Below, piece after piece: positions 1-11,000 of a DNA stretch of 64,000 nucleotides (positions within the stretch are counted from its first letter, which is position 1; each line of letters starts with the position of its first letter). The notes beneath the pieces were generated by a model. The model was not told the origin of the DNA. It ran no database searches and saw nothing but the letters and a program-made list of their open reading frames with translations. Source of the stretch: a virus; IMG/VR virus record IMGVR_UViG_3300024258_000005, one strand, 5' to 3'. A program made the position numbers and the translations under genes.

Positions 1-134
1 ACATGGACAAAAATGAAAAACTTCCACAGGAAGAAAAAGTTCTAAATTATATAACAGGTGCTGTTGAACAAGATGTTGCAAAACATAGCGAACTTGCTTG
101 TGTTAAACGACTACTAAAACAATTTATAAAATAA
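1..134 (+). CDS. nrdB: Ribonucleotide reductase class Ia beta subunit, C-terminal fragment (5' end outside window)
   Basis: The frame starting at nt 3 reads MDKNEKLPQEEKVLNYITGAVEQDV...KQFIK*. PQE-x4-Y-x2-G resembles the NrdB C-terminal tail (E. coli APQEVEVSSYLVGQID) and lies directly upstream of nrdA. Confidence 0.75.
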   Translation, partial: MDKNEKLPQEEKVLNYITGAVEQDVAKHSELACVKRLLKQFIK

Positions 135-170
135 TAGGTTAGAATCATTTCTAACCCTAAAAGGAAATTA

Positions 171-3100
171 ATGATTAATATCATAAAAGATGATGGTTCT
201 AAAGAGGAATATAAGCCCGAGAAATCACAACAGCATTTAGGTTATGCTGTTGAAGGACTATCTAGGGTATCAATTTCAGAAATTGAAATGAGAGCTTCTC
301 TTTCAATCGAAGATGGAACAACGTCAAAAGAAATTCAACAAGCATTGATTAAATCTTGTGCTGATCACATTAGTGAAGATGAAGATGAATATCAAATTGC
401 AGCTGCTAGATTGTTAAATCAAGATATTCGTAAAGATGTTTACAAGCAATATACTCCAAAATCATTTATTGAAATGATTGATAAAGGGTGCGATGCTGGT
501 TATTATGATTCTGAATATTTATGGAAATATTACACAAGAGATGAAATTATTACTTATGGTAAATTAATTGATTATGACCGTGATGACAATTTTGTATATT
601 CAGGTTTAAAGAAAACAAAAGATTCTTATCTAGTTAAACAATTTGGTAAAATTCAAGAAACTCCTCAAGAGATGTTTCTATTAATTAACATATTTGCATT
701 TGCAAAGTACAAAGGTGCTTTAAGAGACAAATGGGTTAAAAATGGTTATGATATTTTATCTAACTTTGAAGCTAGTCTTCCTACTCCTGTTATGATTCAA
801 GTTCGATCGATGTTCAGAAAATATATTTCATGTTTTAGAGGAAATACTAAAATACGCATAGCTAATTTAGATTTTAAACTTATACAGGACATTGTTATTG
901 GTGATAAAGTTCAAACAATTCAAGGAAATCTTAAAGAAGTTGTTGCTATAAATATAAAAGAACATACAGATGAATTTATAACAATTAATTCATCATATGG
1001 ATTAAATGATGAATTTACATCAACTGATAATCATCCAATAAAAAGCATTTTATTTGATGATATAAAATGTATTAGAAACCAAACTCCTAGTAATACTAAA
1101 CCAATTTGCATAACTTCTCAAACTAAAGCAAAACATTGTTTAAAATCTAAAAATCATTATAAAAATGATTGTGAATTATTAAATACTGACTGGTCAACTA
1201 TATCAAAATTTGTAGAAGCAAAAGATTTATCAATACATGATTATATCGCCATTCCTTTTGATAATAAGATAATATGCGATAATTTATTTGATATGAAAGA
1301 TTTTATAAATGATGATAAATACAAATTAATAAATGGATATATAACAAAAGAGCATATTAAAGTTTTTAATTTAAATCGGTTAATTAAAGTTGATGCAGAT
1401 TTTATGTATATTCTTGGTTGGTTTGCTGCTGAAGGGTGTGTTGTAAATAATCATTTAAATTTCTCACTAAATATAAATGAGATGGATTATTTAATAGATA
1501 TTAAAGATAAGATAAAACGAGTCTTTAATATAGAAGGTAAAATATATGATAATGGTGATAATTCCGTATCGTTGCAGGTTTCTCATAAAATACTAGCAAA
1601 TTTCTTTAATATTATATTAAATAATGCTAAGGAGAAAAGAGAAGGTTCTGTAATTCATGAAAAGATATTATACGCTGATTATGAATCACAAAAATATTTT
1701 CTCAAAGGAATATTTCTAGGAGATGGGTTTTTAGCAAGTAATTATTTAGGATTAGATATTGTTGATAAGAGATTCATTGATTTTACAAATCATTGTTTAC
1801 TTAGAAATGGTTTTATTTCACAAAATAGTAAATATATAAATGCTGCTAACACTCAATGTTATAGAATTAATATTCGTTTTGGTTTAAATGCAGAATTTAT
1901 AAAATTTGTAGATAAACGAACAGAAAATTTTAAAATTATTAAACAATTAGAAAATATTAATAATATAAAGTCTCCTAAAAATATAGGATTTTTTCAAGAG
2001 AATATATTATATAGTAAAATTATTAATATTAAAAAATTTAAAGAGGTTGTTGAAGTCTATGATATTGAAGTTCAAGATGATCATACTTTTATAGCAAATG
2101 ATTATGGTGTACATAATTGTAACTTAATTCATCCAGGCGATAGTAATACTACATTAGCAGAAGCTTCTAAAATTATTATGAAACTTGTTGCTGCTGGTGC
2201 TGGTCTAGGAATCGGTAATACTGTTCGTGGATTAGATGCTGATATTGATAATGGTCGTTTATCACATACTGGTTGTTTACCAATTTATAAGGGTTATGAA
2301 AAATTGACTAAAGCTTTTGTTCAACCATCACGAGATGGTTCAAGTACTGTTTACCATCCTTTCTTCCATGTTGAAATAGAATCAATGATGGTATGGGGAA
2401 ATGCTAAAGGTACTGAAGAAACACGTATTCGTGAGATGGATCATGCTATTACATTTAGTGCTCTCTTTTGGGAACGTTATGCTAATGGTGAAGATATTAC
2501 ATTATTCTATTTAAATGATGTTAAAGATCTTGTTAACTTTATGGGTGATGATGAAAAATTCAAAGAGCTTTATGAAGGTTATGAGAAATCTGTTCCGGCT
2601 GAACGTAGAACAACTATTACAGCTGAAAGTATATTTGATACATTTGTAGATGAAAGACATTTACAATCTAGAGAATATACTGCTTTCTTGGATAATATTG
2701 GTAAACAAGGAATGTACAAAGTTCCTATTTTTATTAGTAATTTATGTACTGAAATAACTCAACCAATTTATCCTGTTCATGAACAAGGACATAAAAGAAA
2801 TATTAAATTCAATGATGCGGCTTCTGAAGAGAAGTATTGGGATCTACGAACTGAAGCATATTTCTATCCAGATAATGATGTTAAGCGTACAAGCTTTATG
2901 CGTCAAATGTCTGAGTTATATACTTTTGTTGATGCTGATCCTTTTGCGGAAGTAGATGAAGATAAAGTATATGATTACTTTACTAATCGTGGATTTCCAA
3001 ACCTAGCAGAAGTTGGTGTTTGTATTCTAGGTGGTGTAAATATGGGTCATACTACTGATAAGCGTTTACCAATTGTAAGTGAATACTTAGTTCGTTTCTT

Positions 3101-3914
3101 AGAAGAGTTAATTGATATGGGGACATATGATGTACCTGAAGTTGAAAAAGCTGCTAAGATGCGTAGAACATTAGGTATTGGTTTCAGTGATATATTCCAT
3201 TTAATGGCAATCAATAAAGTATTTTATAATACTAGAGAAGGTCGTCAATTTATTGCAAATAGAATTGAATTATGTACATATCATATGACAAGAACTTCTA
3301 TGGAACTTGCGAAAGAGCGTGGAGCATGTTTACTATTTAAAGACACTAAGTACTCTGATGGTCTATTACCAATAGATACTTATAACAAACATGTTGATGA
3401 ACTTATTGGTAAAAATACCGAATTTGATATTGATTGGCCTTGGCTTCGTGAGCAAATTTTGAAATATGGAATGAGACATTCTACATTGACAGCTAATGCT
3501 CCATTTGGAAGTTCTTCAATGGTTTCAAATTCAACTCCAGGGATTGAACCTCCAAGAGGTTTACAAGTTTCTAAAAAAGGTGTTACTAAATTAGTACCTG
3601 ATATTAGAAGATTTGGTAAATATTATACAACTGCATGGAGTGATGATTTTAACAATATTGATTATTTTAAATTTATTGCTGTTGTTCAGAAATTTATGGA
3701 TCAAACATTAAGTGTTAATCAATATCATAATATGATTAAAACTGATGGTAAGAAAAAGAAATCATTATTAATAGAAGAAATTTTAGTTGCTTGGTATTAT
3801 GGTTTAAAAACATTATACTATTCAAATATTAGAAGTACTGATCAAGCTGATGGTGATGATGAAATTGAAGAAGAAGAAGATGATGGTTGCGCAGGCGGCG
3901 GTTGTAAAGTATAG
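171..3914 (+). CDS. nrdA: Ribonucleotide reductase class Ia alpha subunit, intein-containing
   Basis: N-terminal ATP-cone-like start, ETPQEMF, SLPTPVM, SNLCTEI (catalytic N-x-C-x-E), GIGFSD, TANAPFGSSS, LKTLYY and the C-terminal redox pair DDGCAGGGCKV. RBS aagga lies upstream. Confidence 0.97.
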   Translation: MINIIKDDGSKEEYKPEKSQQHLGYAVEGLSRVSISEIEMRASLSIEDGTTSKEIQQALIKSCADHISEDEDEYQIAAARLLNQDIRKDVYKQYTPKSFIEMIDKGCDAGYYDSEYLWKYYTRDEIITYGKLIDYDRDDNFVYSGLKKTKDSYLVKQFGKIQETPQEMFLLINIFAFAKYKGALRDKWVKNGYDILSNFEASLPTPVMIQVRSMFRKYISCFRGNTKIRIANLDFKLIQDIVIGDKVQTIQGNLKEVVAINIKEHTDEFITINSSYGLNDEFTSTDNHPIKSILFDDIKCIRNQTPSNTKPICITSQTKAKHCLKSKNHYKNDCELLNTDWSTISKFVEAKDLSIHDYIAIPFDNKIICDNLFDMKDFINDDKYKLINGYITKEHIKVFNLNRLIKVDADFMYILGWFAAEGCVVNNHLNFSLNINEMDYLIDIKDKIKRVFNIEGKIYDNGDNSVSLQVSHKILANFFNIILNNAKEKREGSVIHEKILYADYESQKYFLKGIFLGDGFLASNYLGLDIVDKRFIDFTNHCLLRNGFISQNSKYINAANTQCYRINIRFGLNAEFIKFVDKRTENFKIIKQLENINNIKSPKNIGFFQENILYSKIINIKKFKEVVEVYDIEVQDDHTFIANDYGVHNCNLIHPGDSNTTLAEASKIIMKLVAAGAGLGIGNTVRGLDADIDNGRLSHTGCLPIYKGYEKLTKAFVQPSRDGSSTVYHPFFHVEIESMMVWGNAKGTEETRIREMDHAITFSALFWERYANGEDITLFYLNDVKDLVNFMGDDEKFKELYEGYEKSVPAERRTTITAESIFDTFVDERHLQSREYTAFLDNIGKQGMYKVPIFISNLCTEITQPIYPVHEQGHKRNIKFNDAASEEKYWDLRTEAYFYPDNDVKRTSFMRQMSELYTFVDADPFAEVDEDKVYDYFTNRGFPNLAEVGVCILGGVNMGHTTDKRLPIVSEYLVRFLEELIDMGTYDVPEVEKAAKMRRTLGIGFSDIFHLMAINKVFYNTREGRQFIANRIELCTYHMTRTSMELAKERGACLLFKDTKYSDGLLPIDTYNKHVDELIGKNTEFDIDWPWLREQILKYGMRHSTLTANAPFGSSSMVSNSTPGIEPPRGLQVSKKGVTKLVPDIRRFGKYYTTAWSDDFNNIDYFKFIAVVQKFMDQTLSVNQYHNMIKTDGKKKKSLLIEEILVAWYYGLKTLYYSNIRSTDQADGDDEIEEEEDDGCAGGGCKV
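831..2117 (+). mobile_element. Intein (429 aa) with LAGLIDADG homing endonuclease in nrdA
   Basis: Block A CFRGNTKI, block B TSTDNHP, LAGLIDADG motifs YILGWFAAEG and FLKGIFLGDG, block F VYDIEVQDDHTF, block G VHN followed by Cys+1. Removing it restores RKYIS-CNLIHPGDS (E. coli RQFSSCVLIECGDS). Confidence 0.95.
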
Positions 3915-3929
3915 TACCTTCGGGTACTA
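3912..3929 (+). terminator. cUUCGg tetraloop hairpin overlapping the nrdA stop
   Basis: tagtacc-ttcg-ggtacta, a perfect 7-bp stem. There is no U-tract on +, so it may be an RNA-stabilising hairpin rather than a terminator. Confidence 0.5.
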
Positions 3930-3946
3930 ATAAAAAAGGAAAAAAG

Positions 3947-4528
3947 ATGAAAAAAATTGATGAAAACTTTAATAAAGTATTTGAAGGCATGAGTGATGTA
4001 TTTGATGAAATGTTCACTAAAATTGACAAAGAATTAAATAAAGAAGATAATGATGGTAAAGTACATTTGGATTACAAGAATATTCAGACTCATATCAATA
4101 ATGCTAGTGAAGTTATTAGCGATGAGTTTGATACTATTTTATGTATTACTCGTGGGGGTCTCGTACCTGCTGGATTGCTTGCCTACCAATTAGGCATTAA
4201 AAATATTGTTAATATTAATATTTCTTCATATGAAGATGATAATTCTCAAGGTACAATTGATTTAGAAAAATTATCTAAAAAAGAGATTAAGATTCTAAGT
4301 AAAGCAAAAGGTATTTTAATTGTTGATGATATTATTGATACAGGTGATACTGTTCAAGCTCTTGCTATTTATTTAAATGAATTACAAGTAGCTGGTAAGA
4401 TTGTTTGTAACAATATTGAGATGTTTGCTTTAGTTACAAAACAAGTTGACAAGTGTAGTTATTATGTATATAACATGGAAGGTGATGACCGATGGATTGA
4501 ATTCCCGTGGAGTATTGGAATGTCGTGA
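3947..4528 (+). CDS. Type I phosphoribosyltransferase, xanthine/guanine PRTase (Gpt)-like
   Basis: ITRGGLVPAGLLAYQLG, INISSYEDD, PRPP loop ILIVDDIIDTGDT and C-terminal WIEFPW closely follow Gpt motifs. Confidence 0.88.
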   Translation: MKKIDENFNKVFEGMSDVFDEMFTKIDKELNKEDNDGKVHLDYKNIQTHINNASEVISDEFDTILCITRGGLVPAGLLAYQLGIKNIVNINISSYEDDNSQGTIDLEKLSKKEIKILSKAKGILIVDDIIDTGDTVQALAIYLNELQVAGKIVCNNIEMFALVTKQVDKCSYYVYNMEGDDRWIEFPWSIGMS

Positions 4529-4547
4529 TTAATAAATCTGACATGAC

Positions 4548-5201
4548 ATGACAAAAGAATTTATCATCAATAATTTTATTGATGATAATGGCCAGTTAGA
4601 TAGACAAGCTTTTTTAAAATATTATGATTGTGATTCAACTTCTATTTATAAATTGTTAAAAATATTAAATAATAAAATATTAAATTATGAATATTGGAAC
4701 AATAGAGAATATATAATTAATAATTTTCTTGATAAAAATAACATAATAGATAGAAAAATTATTGAATCTTTTTTTGGATGTGAAAGAACATCGATAGATA
4801 GACAGCTTAAAAAATTAAAAATAGATTATAATTATAAAAGAAAACAATTTAAAAGATCCAATAAAAGTAAATATGAATATAAAATTATTAATATTTTAAA
4901 AAAACTCAACCCAAATATAAAAATAACACATTCAACTTATAATATTATATCTCCATTAGAACTTGATATTTTTCTACCTGAATATAATATAGCTATTGAG
5001 TTTAATGGTCTATATTGGCATAGTTATTCTAAAAATAATAATGTTTCAAAAAGACAAGGAAATTTAGAATTTCATAATGGTGAAATATTAAAAGATGAAA
5101 ATTATATGTGGGAAAATACTATATTACATTTAGGTCAAAAAATTTTAAATGGTAGAATACTGTATAATGCTGGAAAAATAATATATAAAAGGAAAAATTA
5201 A
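4548..5201 (+). pseudogene. Internally deleted Hef-like (PD-(D/E)XK-type) homing endonuclease remnant
   Basis: ISPLELDIFLPEYNIAIEFNGLYWHSY matches the two full copies at 49.3-52.6 kb. It then lacks their whole GARECY...ELIRFCS...RRWS block and ends in GRILYNAGK, similar to their YRSIYDAGN terminus. Confidence 0.6.
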
Positions 5202-6592
5202 TGGCTAAAGAAATTGGCGATAAAAGAGAACGGAAATTAAAAATTAGTGTAGAAGAGGTTGAAATAACTATTAAGCAATTATTAGTTGATTTTGATCTAG
5301 ATTACAAAATTGAAAGATTCATTGACTCCAAATTGGACGTAATGTTAAATGAAACTCAAATATTAAAAAATAATGAATTAAAGAATAATAGAAACTATAA
5401 ATATCAATTTGATAATGATTTATTTGTTGAAATTTATGATTTTATATATCCATTAATTAAAGAAACAACTCAAAAAGATATTGCAAACTCTGCTAATGAT
5501 GAAAACTATGAACGTAAAATTGAAATTTATGATAATATATTTCAAGTAGTAGATTTAACAATGTACAAGATTGGAATCTCTAAAATTAAGTTGGTAACTT
5601 TCCATTATTTATTAAAAATGTTAGAAAAGAAAGCTGATGTAATAATGCAGCAAAGAAAGATTAAAATTATTCGTGGATATAAAACTTCAATTGAAATATT
5701 TTCGCATGAGCTTTTAACTATCATTGCACAGAATCCTGATTTAGAAAAATTTACTTTAACTTTAAGAAGTTTAATTGAACAGTGGCTTATAAAGTATAAT
5801 AACCGCACTAAAATTGGTCAATTTTATTACAGCATACTAATGATCAACCAAGAGCAAGTTATTGAGAAAATCTTGAGATATATGATGTTTACAGCTATTA
5901 AAAATATGAACCCTATTTACTTACGAGCTATCTTTAGTACATATGTAACATTAATTCATAAAAACATATTTTCATTTTATGCTTTAAAGCTTAGTAATGT
6001 TAAAGTTGGATATTTTAAACAACTAGAATCTCTTTTCGAAGATTCTTTGACAAATAATGTTCAAACAATTCAAGTAAATGAAATGATTGTTCAAAATCGG
6101 ATAATGTCATACGCTATGAAAAATAAAAAGTATTTTAAACACAATTATGAGTTTCTAATGGATGAATATAGTTCTAGTTTTATGGATTTAAACTATTTTG
6201 ACTTACTTTATAGTTATGATAAGAATATACCTATATTAGATTATTTCTTTTATTATTCGAAATTTTTAAAGCTTACACGAAACAGCTTTAGAAGTCAAAG
6301 TAAACTATATAAAATAAATTCTGATTTTTTTAAATCAAATAATAAGAAGACTTTAAAAATCTATATTAATGATTTAATACATGAAAGATTTTATGAATAT
6401 TTTTATGAAATATTTAAAGATAAAGACACTATTGATACTATATGTGAGACAATTGGTAATAACCTTCTAAAGAAAATTAATCAAAACAATTTTGTGACTA
6501 GTGATTTTAATAAATTACTATTAACATTTGATGATTATTTAAATCAATTAGGTCAACTGATTTCATCTATGCAAAAACTTATGAACGAATAG
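5201..6592 (+). CDS. Hypothetical protein (463 aa)
   Basis: Long ORF whose ATG overlaps the upstream stop (taatg); no motif recognised. Confidence 0.7.
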   Translation: MAKEIGDKRERKLKISVEEVEITIKQLLVDFDLDYKIERFIDSKLDVMLNETQILKNNELKNNRNYKYQFDNDLFVEIYDFIYPLIKETTQKDIANSANDENYERKIEIYDNIFQVVDLTMYKIGISKIKLVTFHYLLKMLEKKADVIMQQRKIKIIRGYKTSIEIFSHELLTIIAQNPDLEKFTLTLRSLIEQWLIKYNNRTKIGQFYYSILMINQEQVIEKILRYMMFTAIKNMNPIYLRAIFSTYVTLIHKNIFSFYALKLSNVKVGYFKQLESLFEDSLTNNVQTIQVNEMIVQNRIMSYAMKNKKYFKHNYEFLMDEYSSSFMDLNYFDLLYSYDKNIPILDYFFYYSKFLKLTRNSFRSQSKLYKINSDFFKSNNKKTLKIYINDLIHERFYEYFYEIFKDKDTIDTICETIGNNLLKKINQNNFVTSDFNKLLLTFDDYLNQLGQLISSMQKLMNE

Positions 6593-6658
6593 TTCATAGG
6601 TTTTCTTGTCCTTTATTCATAGTTCCTTGAACAAATATTAAAACTAGAAGGAGTACAC

Positions 6659-8032
6659 ATGGATTATTCAGCAGGTACTATGAGAAGTGCATTAGTAGGA
6701 AACACACAAAGTATTATAATTGAAAAATCATATATAGGTGTAATCAAAGAAGGTGTTAGTAAAGAACTTGATGGAAAATATTTAGTTCATATTCGAGAAC
6801 TTATGGGTTTGGATGGAGCGCTTAAACCTATATGGGTAAAAAATGAAGTACTTGGAAACAGATTTTCTAGATGGTTAGATTTAGAATCAAAAGATACAAA
6901 ATCTTCTGGTTCATATTTTCCATTGCAACCAGGTATGATGGTCAATGTTAGGTTCCGTGGTTATACAATGGAATCTGGATATATTTCAAATGTTGTTTCA
7001 TATTTACCACTTGTTGATAAACCAGGTGCAAGAGATACTTTTTATTTATTAAATAAGACTGTTAAAAATTCTTGGATTTACCAAGATGATGCTAGAAATT
7101 TAACACATATTATGCAGAGTGGGGGTAAGAGTAATATTACTTTAGATGATAATGGTATTACACTTCAAACTGGTGGTAAAGTCAAGACTAATGGTTTTGA
7201 AGTTTCAAAAACCGGTACAAGATTTGAATTTGGAAATGCTTCTATTTCTTTAGATAGTTCAGGTATTACTTTTAAAGTTGGAGACACTACTTTAACGATG
7301 TCGGAGACAGGTATTAATGTTAATACTCAAGGTGCTCTTGATATTGAATCAGGTAAGATGGCTAGGATAAAAGCTAGACGTTTAGAACTTGGTGCAAGTG
7401 AAGAAATGACATTACACTCTAATGTTCTAAGAGTAACTGGTTCAACTCAATGTTCTCTTGCCTCAAATGTAGTAAATATTAATAGTGTTATACATACTAA
7501 TATTGAGTCACAAGCTCAAGTTAATATTGCTGGATTAATGAAAACTAAAATTGCTGCTCCTGTATTAGATATAACAAGTTTAACTAATATCAATATTGCT
7601 GGACCAGTTATTACACTTTCAGGTCAAAATACAAATATTGATGGAACTGCTGCGCTTAATATATCAAGTGCTAGTATAGCAATGGATGGTATGCTATCAC
7701 ATGGTTTAGGTTTAGCTACTTCTACTAATACATCAATGGCTGCTACAAATTTAGCTCTTGGTCTTTCAACAGATGCTGCAAATATTGCTTTAGTTACTGG
7801 TTTAGGTTTATCCAATCCAGTATCAGCTATTGTTAATTCAACTATGGTTCAAGCTATTCCAGGTTCATGTGCTCCAGTTGGTGAGATATTAAAACCTGTA
7901 ATAACATCAGCGAAAGTTGGTAGCTCAACGACTGAAAAATTACAATACATTGCATCATCAAATGATAGTTATAATATAGCACTAAAAGATCAATTTGATG
8001 GATTAAGGAATACACATGAAATACGCGTCTAG
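6659..8032 (+). CDS. Baseplate central spike, gp5/VgrG-like (OB fold plus beta-helix)
   Basis: N-terminal GKYLVHI...GSYFPLQPGMMVNVRF resembles the gp5 OB fold. It is followed by periodic beta-strand repeats (SNITLDDNGITLQTG, ASISLDSSGITFKVG, TTLTMSETGINVNT), and a PAAR-like gene lies downstream. RBS aaggag. Confidence 0.75.
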   Translation: MDYSAGTMRSALVGNTQSIIIEKSYIGVIKEGVSKELDGKYLVHIRELMGLDGALKPIWVKNEVLGNRFSRWLDLESKDTKSSGSYFPLQPGMMVNVRFRGYTMESGYISNVVSYLPLVDKPGARDTFYLLNKTVKNSWIYQDDARNLTHIMQSGGKSNITLDDNGITLQTGGKVKTNGFEVSKTGTRFEFGNASISLDSSGITFKVGDTTLTMSETGINVNTQGALDIESGKMARIKARRLELGASEEMTLHSNVLRVTGSTQCSLASNVVNINSVIHTNIESQAQVNIAGLMKTKIAAPVLDITSLTNINIAGPVITLSGQNTNIDGTAALNISSASIAMDGMLSHGLGLATSTNTSMAATNLALGLSTDAANIALVTGLGLSNPVSAIVNSTMVQAIPGSCAPVGEILKPVITSAKVGSSTTEKLQYIASSNDSYNIALKDQFDGLRNTHEIRV

Positions 8033-11000
8033 TTTTGAAGATGTTTTTACAAACGGATATACTTCAGAGTCTCGTTCTCTTTTGGAGGCTGAAACTATAA
8101 ATTCAATAAATAATAACATGGACGATGCTACCGGAACGATTCTACCACCATGTCATTTGGATTTTGGAAACTTTGGAAATATAGAATTTCCTTGGATGGA
8201 TATTAAAGCTGCTCCTGTTAATTATAAATTATTTAATAAACTTCATCAATTATCAAATGTTATTCGATCTATTAATGATGCGTTTATATCTTTAATTTTA
8301 GAGTTTCAATGTTGTGGAATTGCTGAGCTTTATAATAATAGTATTATTCCTATTTTCGAATGGGTACTTAAAGATTTTATTGGTGTTTTAACTGATATTG
8401 CTAGTGGATTAATTCAAGGCAATCAAGCGTTTAAAGTTTTAGTTTGTGCTGTAAAACCGGTTCCGGCTAACCCTTGGTTAGGTATAGGGGGCGTGGATTA
8501 TTTAAGTACAGTATATTCATATTTAAATGGTTTTGAAGCTATTTATAATTGGATTATGGATGGGAATCCAGTAGATTTAATTTTAAATCCGGTTCAAGAT
8601 TTTTATAATAAAATTAGTTCTTGTACTCCAATTAATGCCCCAGTAACGGAAGTTAACCTTGAATTAGGAAGTGAAAGATTAAAAGAATTATTATCAAGTT
8701 ATAAAAATTCAGATAAGACCAGCCCAGAAGCAATTACTTCTGTTCAACAAACATTTAATGATTTTAAATCATATGAGAAAGATAAATTCGTAATACATAG
8801 AAAGATTACAGATTTAAAAAATCAAAAAATTATTTTAAGTTATGCTCCAGAAGAATTATATGCTATATTAAGAACTTTTGATATTGATGAAGAATTAAAA
8901 ACTTTAAATGATGAAGTTAAACAATTGAATACTGACAACGCTGAAACTATTAAAGCTTATAATGCTTATCAAGATGAAGAAATTGCAAGTACAATCATTG
9001 AGAGTACAAAATTATTATCAAGTGATAGATTAGTATCAAAAAATATTGATCAATTGTTAGTTGACAAATTTAATCCTACATGTTCATGTTTGACAAATAT
9101 TATAGGAATTAGTGCTTATAATTTACCCACTTATAGAACTATTCGAACTTGGGCTGATGTTGATAATCTTTCAAGTGAAGTTCATTGGGGAAGTAGAGAA
9201 ATTTGGAAAACTGCTTTAGAAAAAATTGATGATGGTTTATCTTTAGATACTGATATTGTTAACAATATCTTTATCAGTAGAAAAAATATACAAAAATTAT
9301 ATGATGATAATAATAGTAGTATTGATCGTGATAATAAAGTAACTCTTGAAGTTAATTCTTATAATTTTGGAAATAGTATATCTGGAAGTGACATAGATTA
9401 TAATTATATTGATGGTAATGGTGTTAGAGAAGATGAATCTTTTGATGTTTCAGTTGTTTCAAATCTTCCTTTTATAACTTGGGATACACAAAAGCTTTAT
9501 TTATATAGTGATGTGTATGCTCATTCTGATTCTGATGTTAGAACTATTTTTGATATTAATGCAGAAAGATACGACGAAAAAAATAGATTATTAAAAGACA
9601 TGGCTATTGTTACAAGTAGAAAAATTCAAATAGAATATAGAATGGAAGAAATTTGGAATAATCTCCGTAGAGCTGCTATTGATAAAATGAATTTTGAAAA
9701 ATTCTATGAAGCAACTAAAGATACAGATGAATCATTTTTAGATTTAGATATATTTCATGCTACAAGTTATAGCACTGGTTTTGAAAGTAGTTTAGATTTT
9801 CTATCAGGTGCAAACATGTTATCTAAACTTGGTGCTGGTTTTGATATGAATAAGTTTTTATTAGAATTTCAAATTACAGATTTTACATTTGATGAAGCTG
9901 AAACTGATATGGAAAACTTTGAATTTCTTAAAATTGAATGGATTGAACTTTCAAAAAGTGCTGGTCAGTATGACGGTTTAATTACTAGAATCGATAGTGT
10001 TATTAAAATTGATAATGTTGTAGTTGAAATTATTGATCAAAGTATTCAAGATTGTGGATGTGATATACTTTGTAAATTACTTCAATGGGTTTTAGATATT
10101 ATTTTAAGTACTGTTAATTCACTTATTGAGATGATAATTGCTAAAATTTTAAAGATGGTATTAAACGAACATGTTGCTTATATAATAAAAGTTATTTTAC
10201 AATATGCTCAATGTATTGCGGATATTGCGGCATTCAGTGATAATATAAGTGATATTAAAGCCAGAGCTTCTGCTATGAATGATGAAACATCTGGAGAAAA
10301 TGCTGGACTAAATCTTATGAAAGATCCTGCTTATTGTGATGCTCAGGCAACTGTTTTTAATACTTTAGATAAATTATTAATAGAAGATGAGATTCATGTT
10401 TCTCATGGTGATGCAAATGATTTAGATGATGATGATACTATTATATATCCTGATCCTAGTTTTGGTGTAATTGATACAGATAATACTCCAAATCCTGGAA
10501 ACATTCTTATTAATAATGGAACAACAGTTAAAGGTGATATTAAAGCAGGTAAATCAATACCTGAAGTAGAAATAATTTGTGCTGAGGATTTAAAACCTAG
10601 CTTAACTGCTGTTTTAGATCCAGTAAATCAATATGAAGTTCTACTTGTGTTTAAACCTAGTGATTATATAAATTCTGCACCTGTGGTTGAAGTGGAACAA
10701 GGTGATATTGTTACACCTGATGCATTAGATATAGATGGGAATATTATAAACACCAGTGAAGTAACAAGTCAAGTTCAATCACTTAGTGATCTTTTAAAAG
10801 TTGCAGAACAACAAGTACAAGAAGCTTTAAATGCTCCTGTGTATTTAGATACGGATTGCGAAATACATGCTACGCCAAATACAATGACATTATGTAGTAC
10901 TGATAATTTATTTATTGAAAGTACTTATATTATTGATGATGTGGGTGAAGAAGTTGTAGATTTTGATACATATGGTGAGCTATCTGCGAACGCAAATATA

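Noticed and set aside
2750-3010. Roughly 70-aa insertion in NrdA between NLCTEI and the second active-site Cys as a second mobile element
   Set aside because: It has no intein or intron signatures and the frame is intact; variable insertions at this loop occur in other NrdA lineages.
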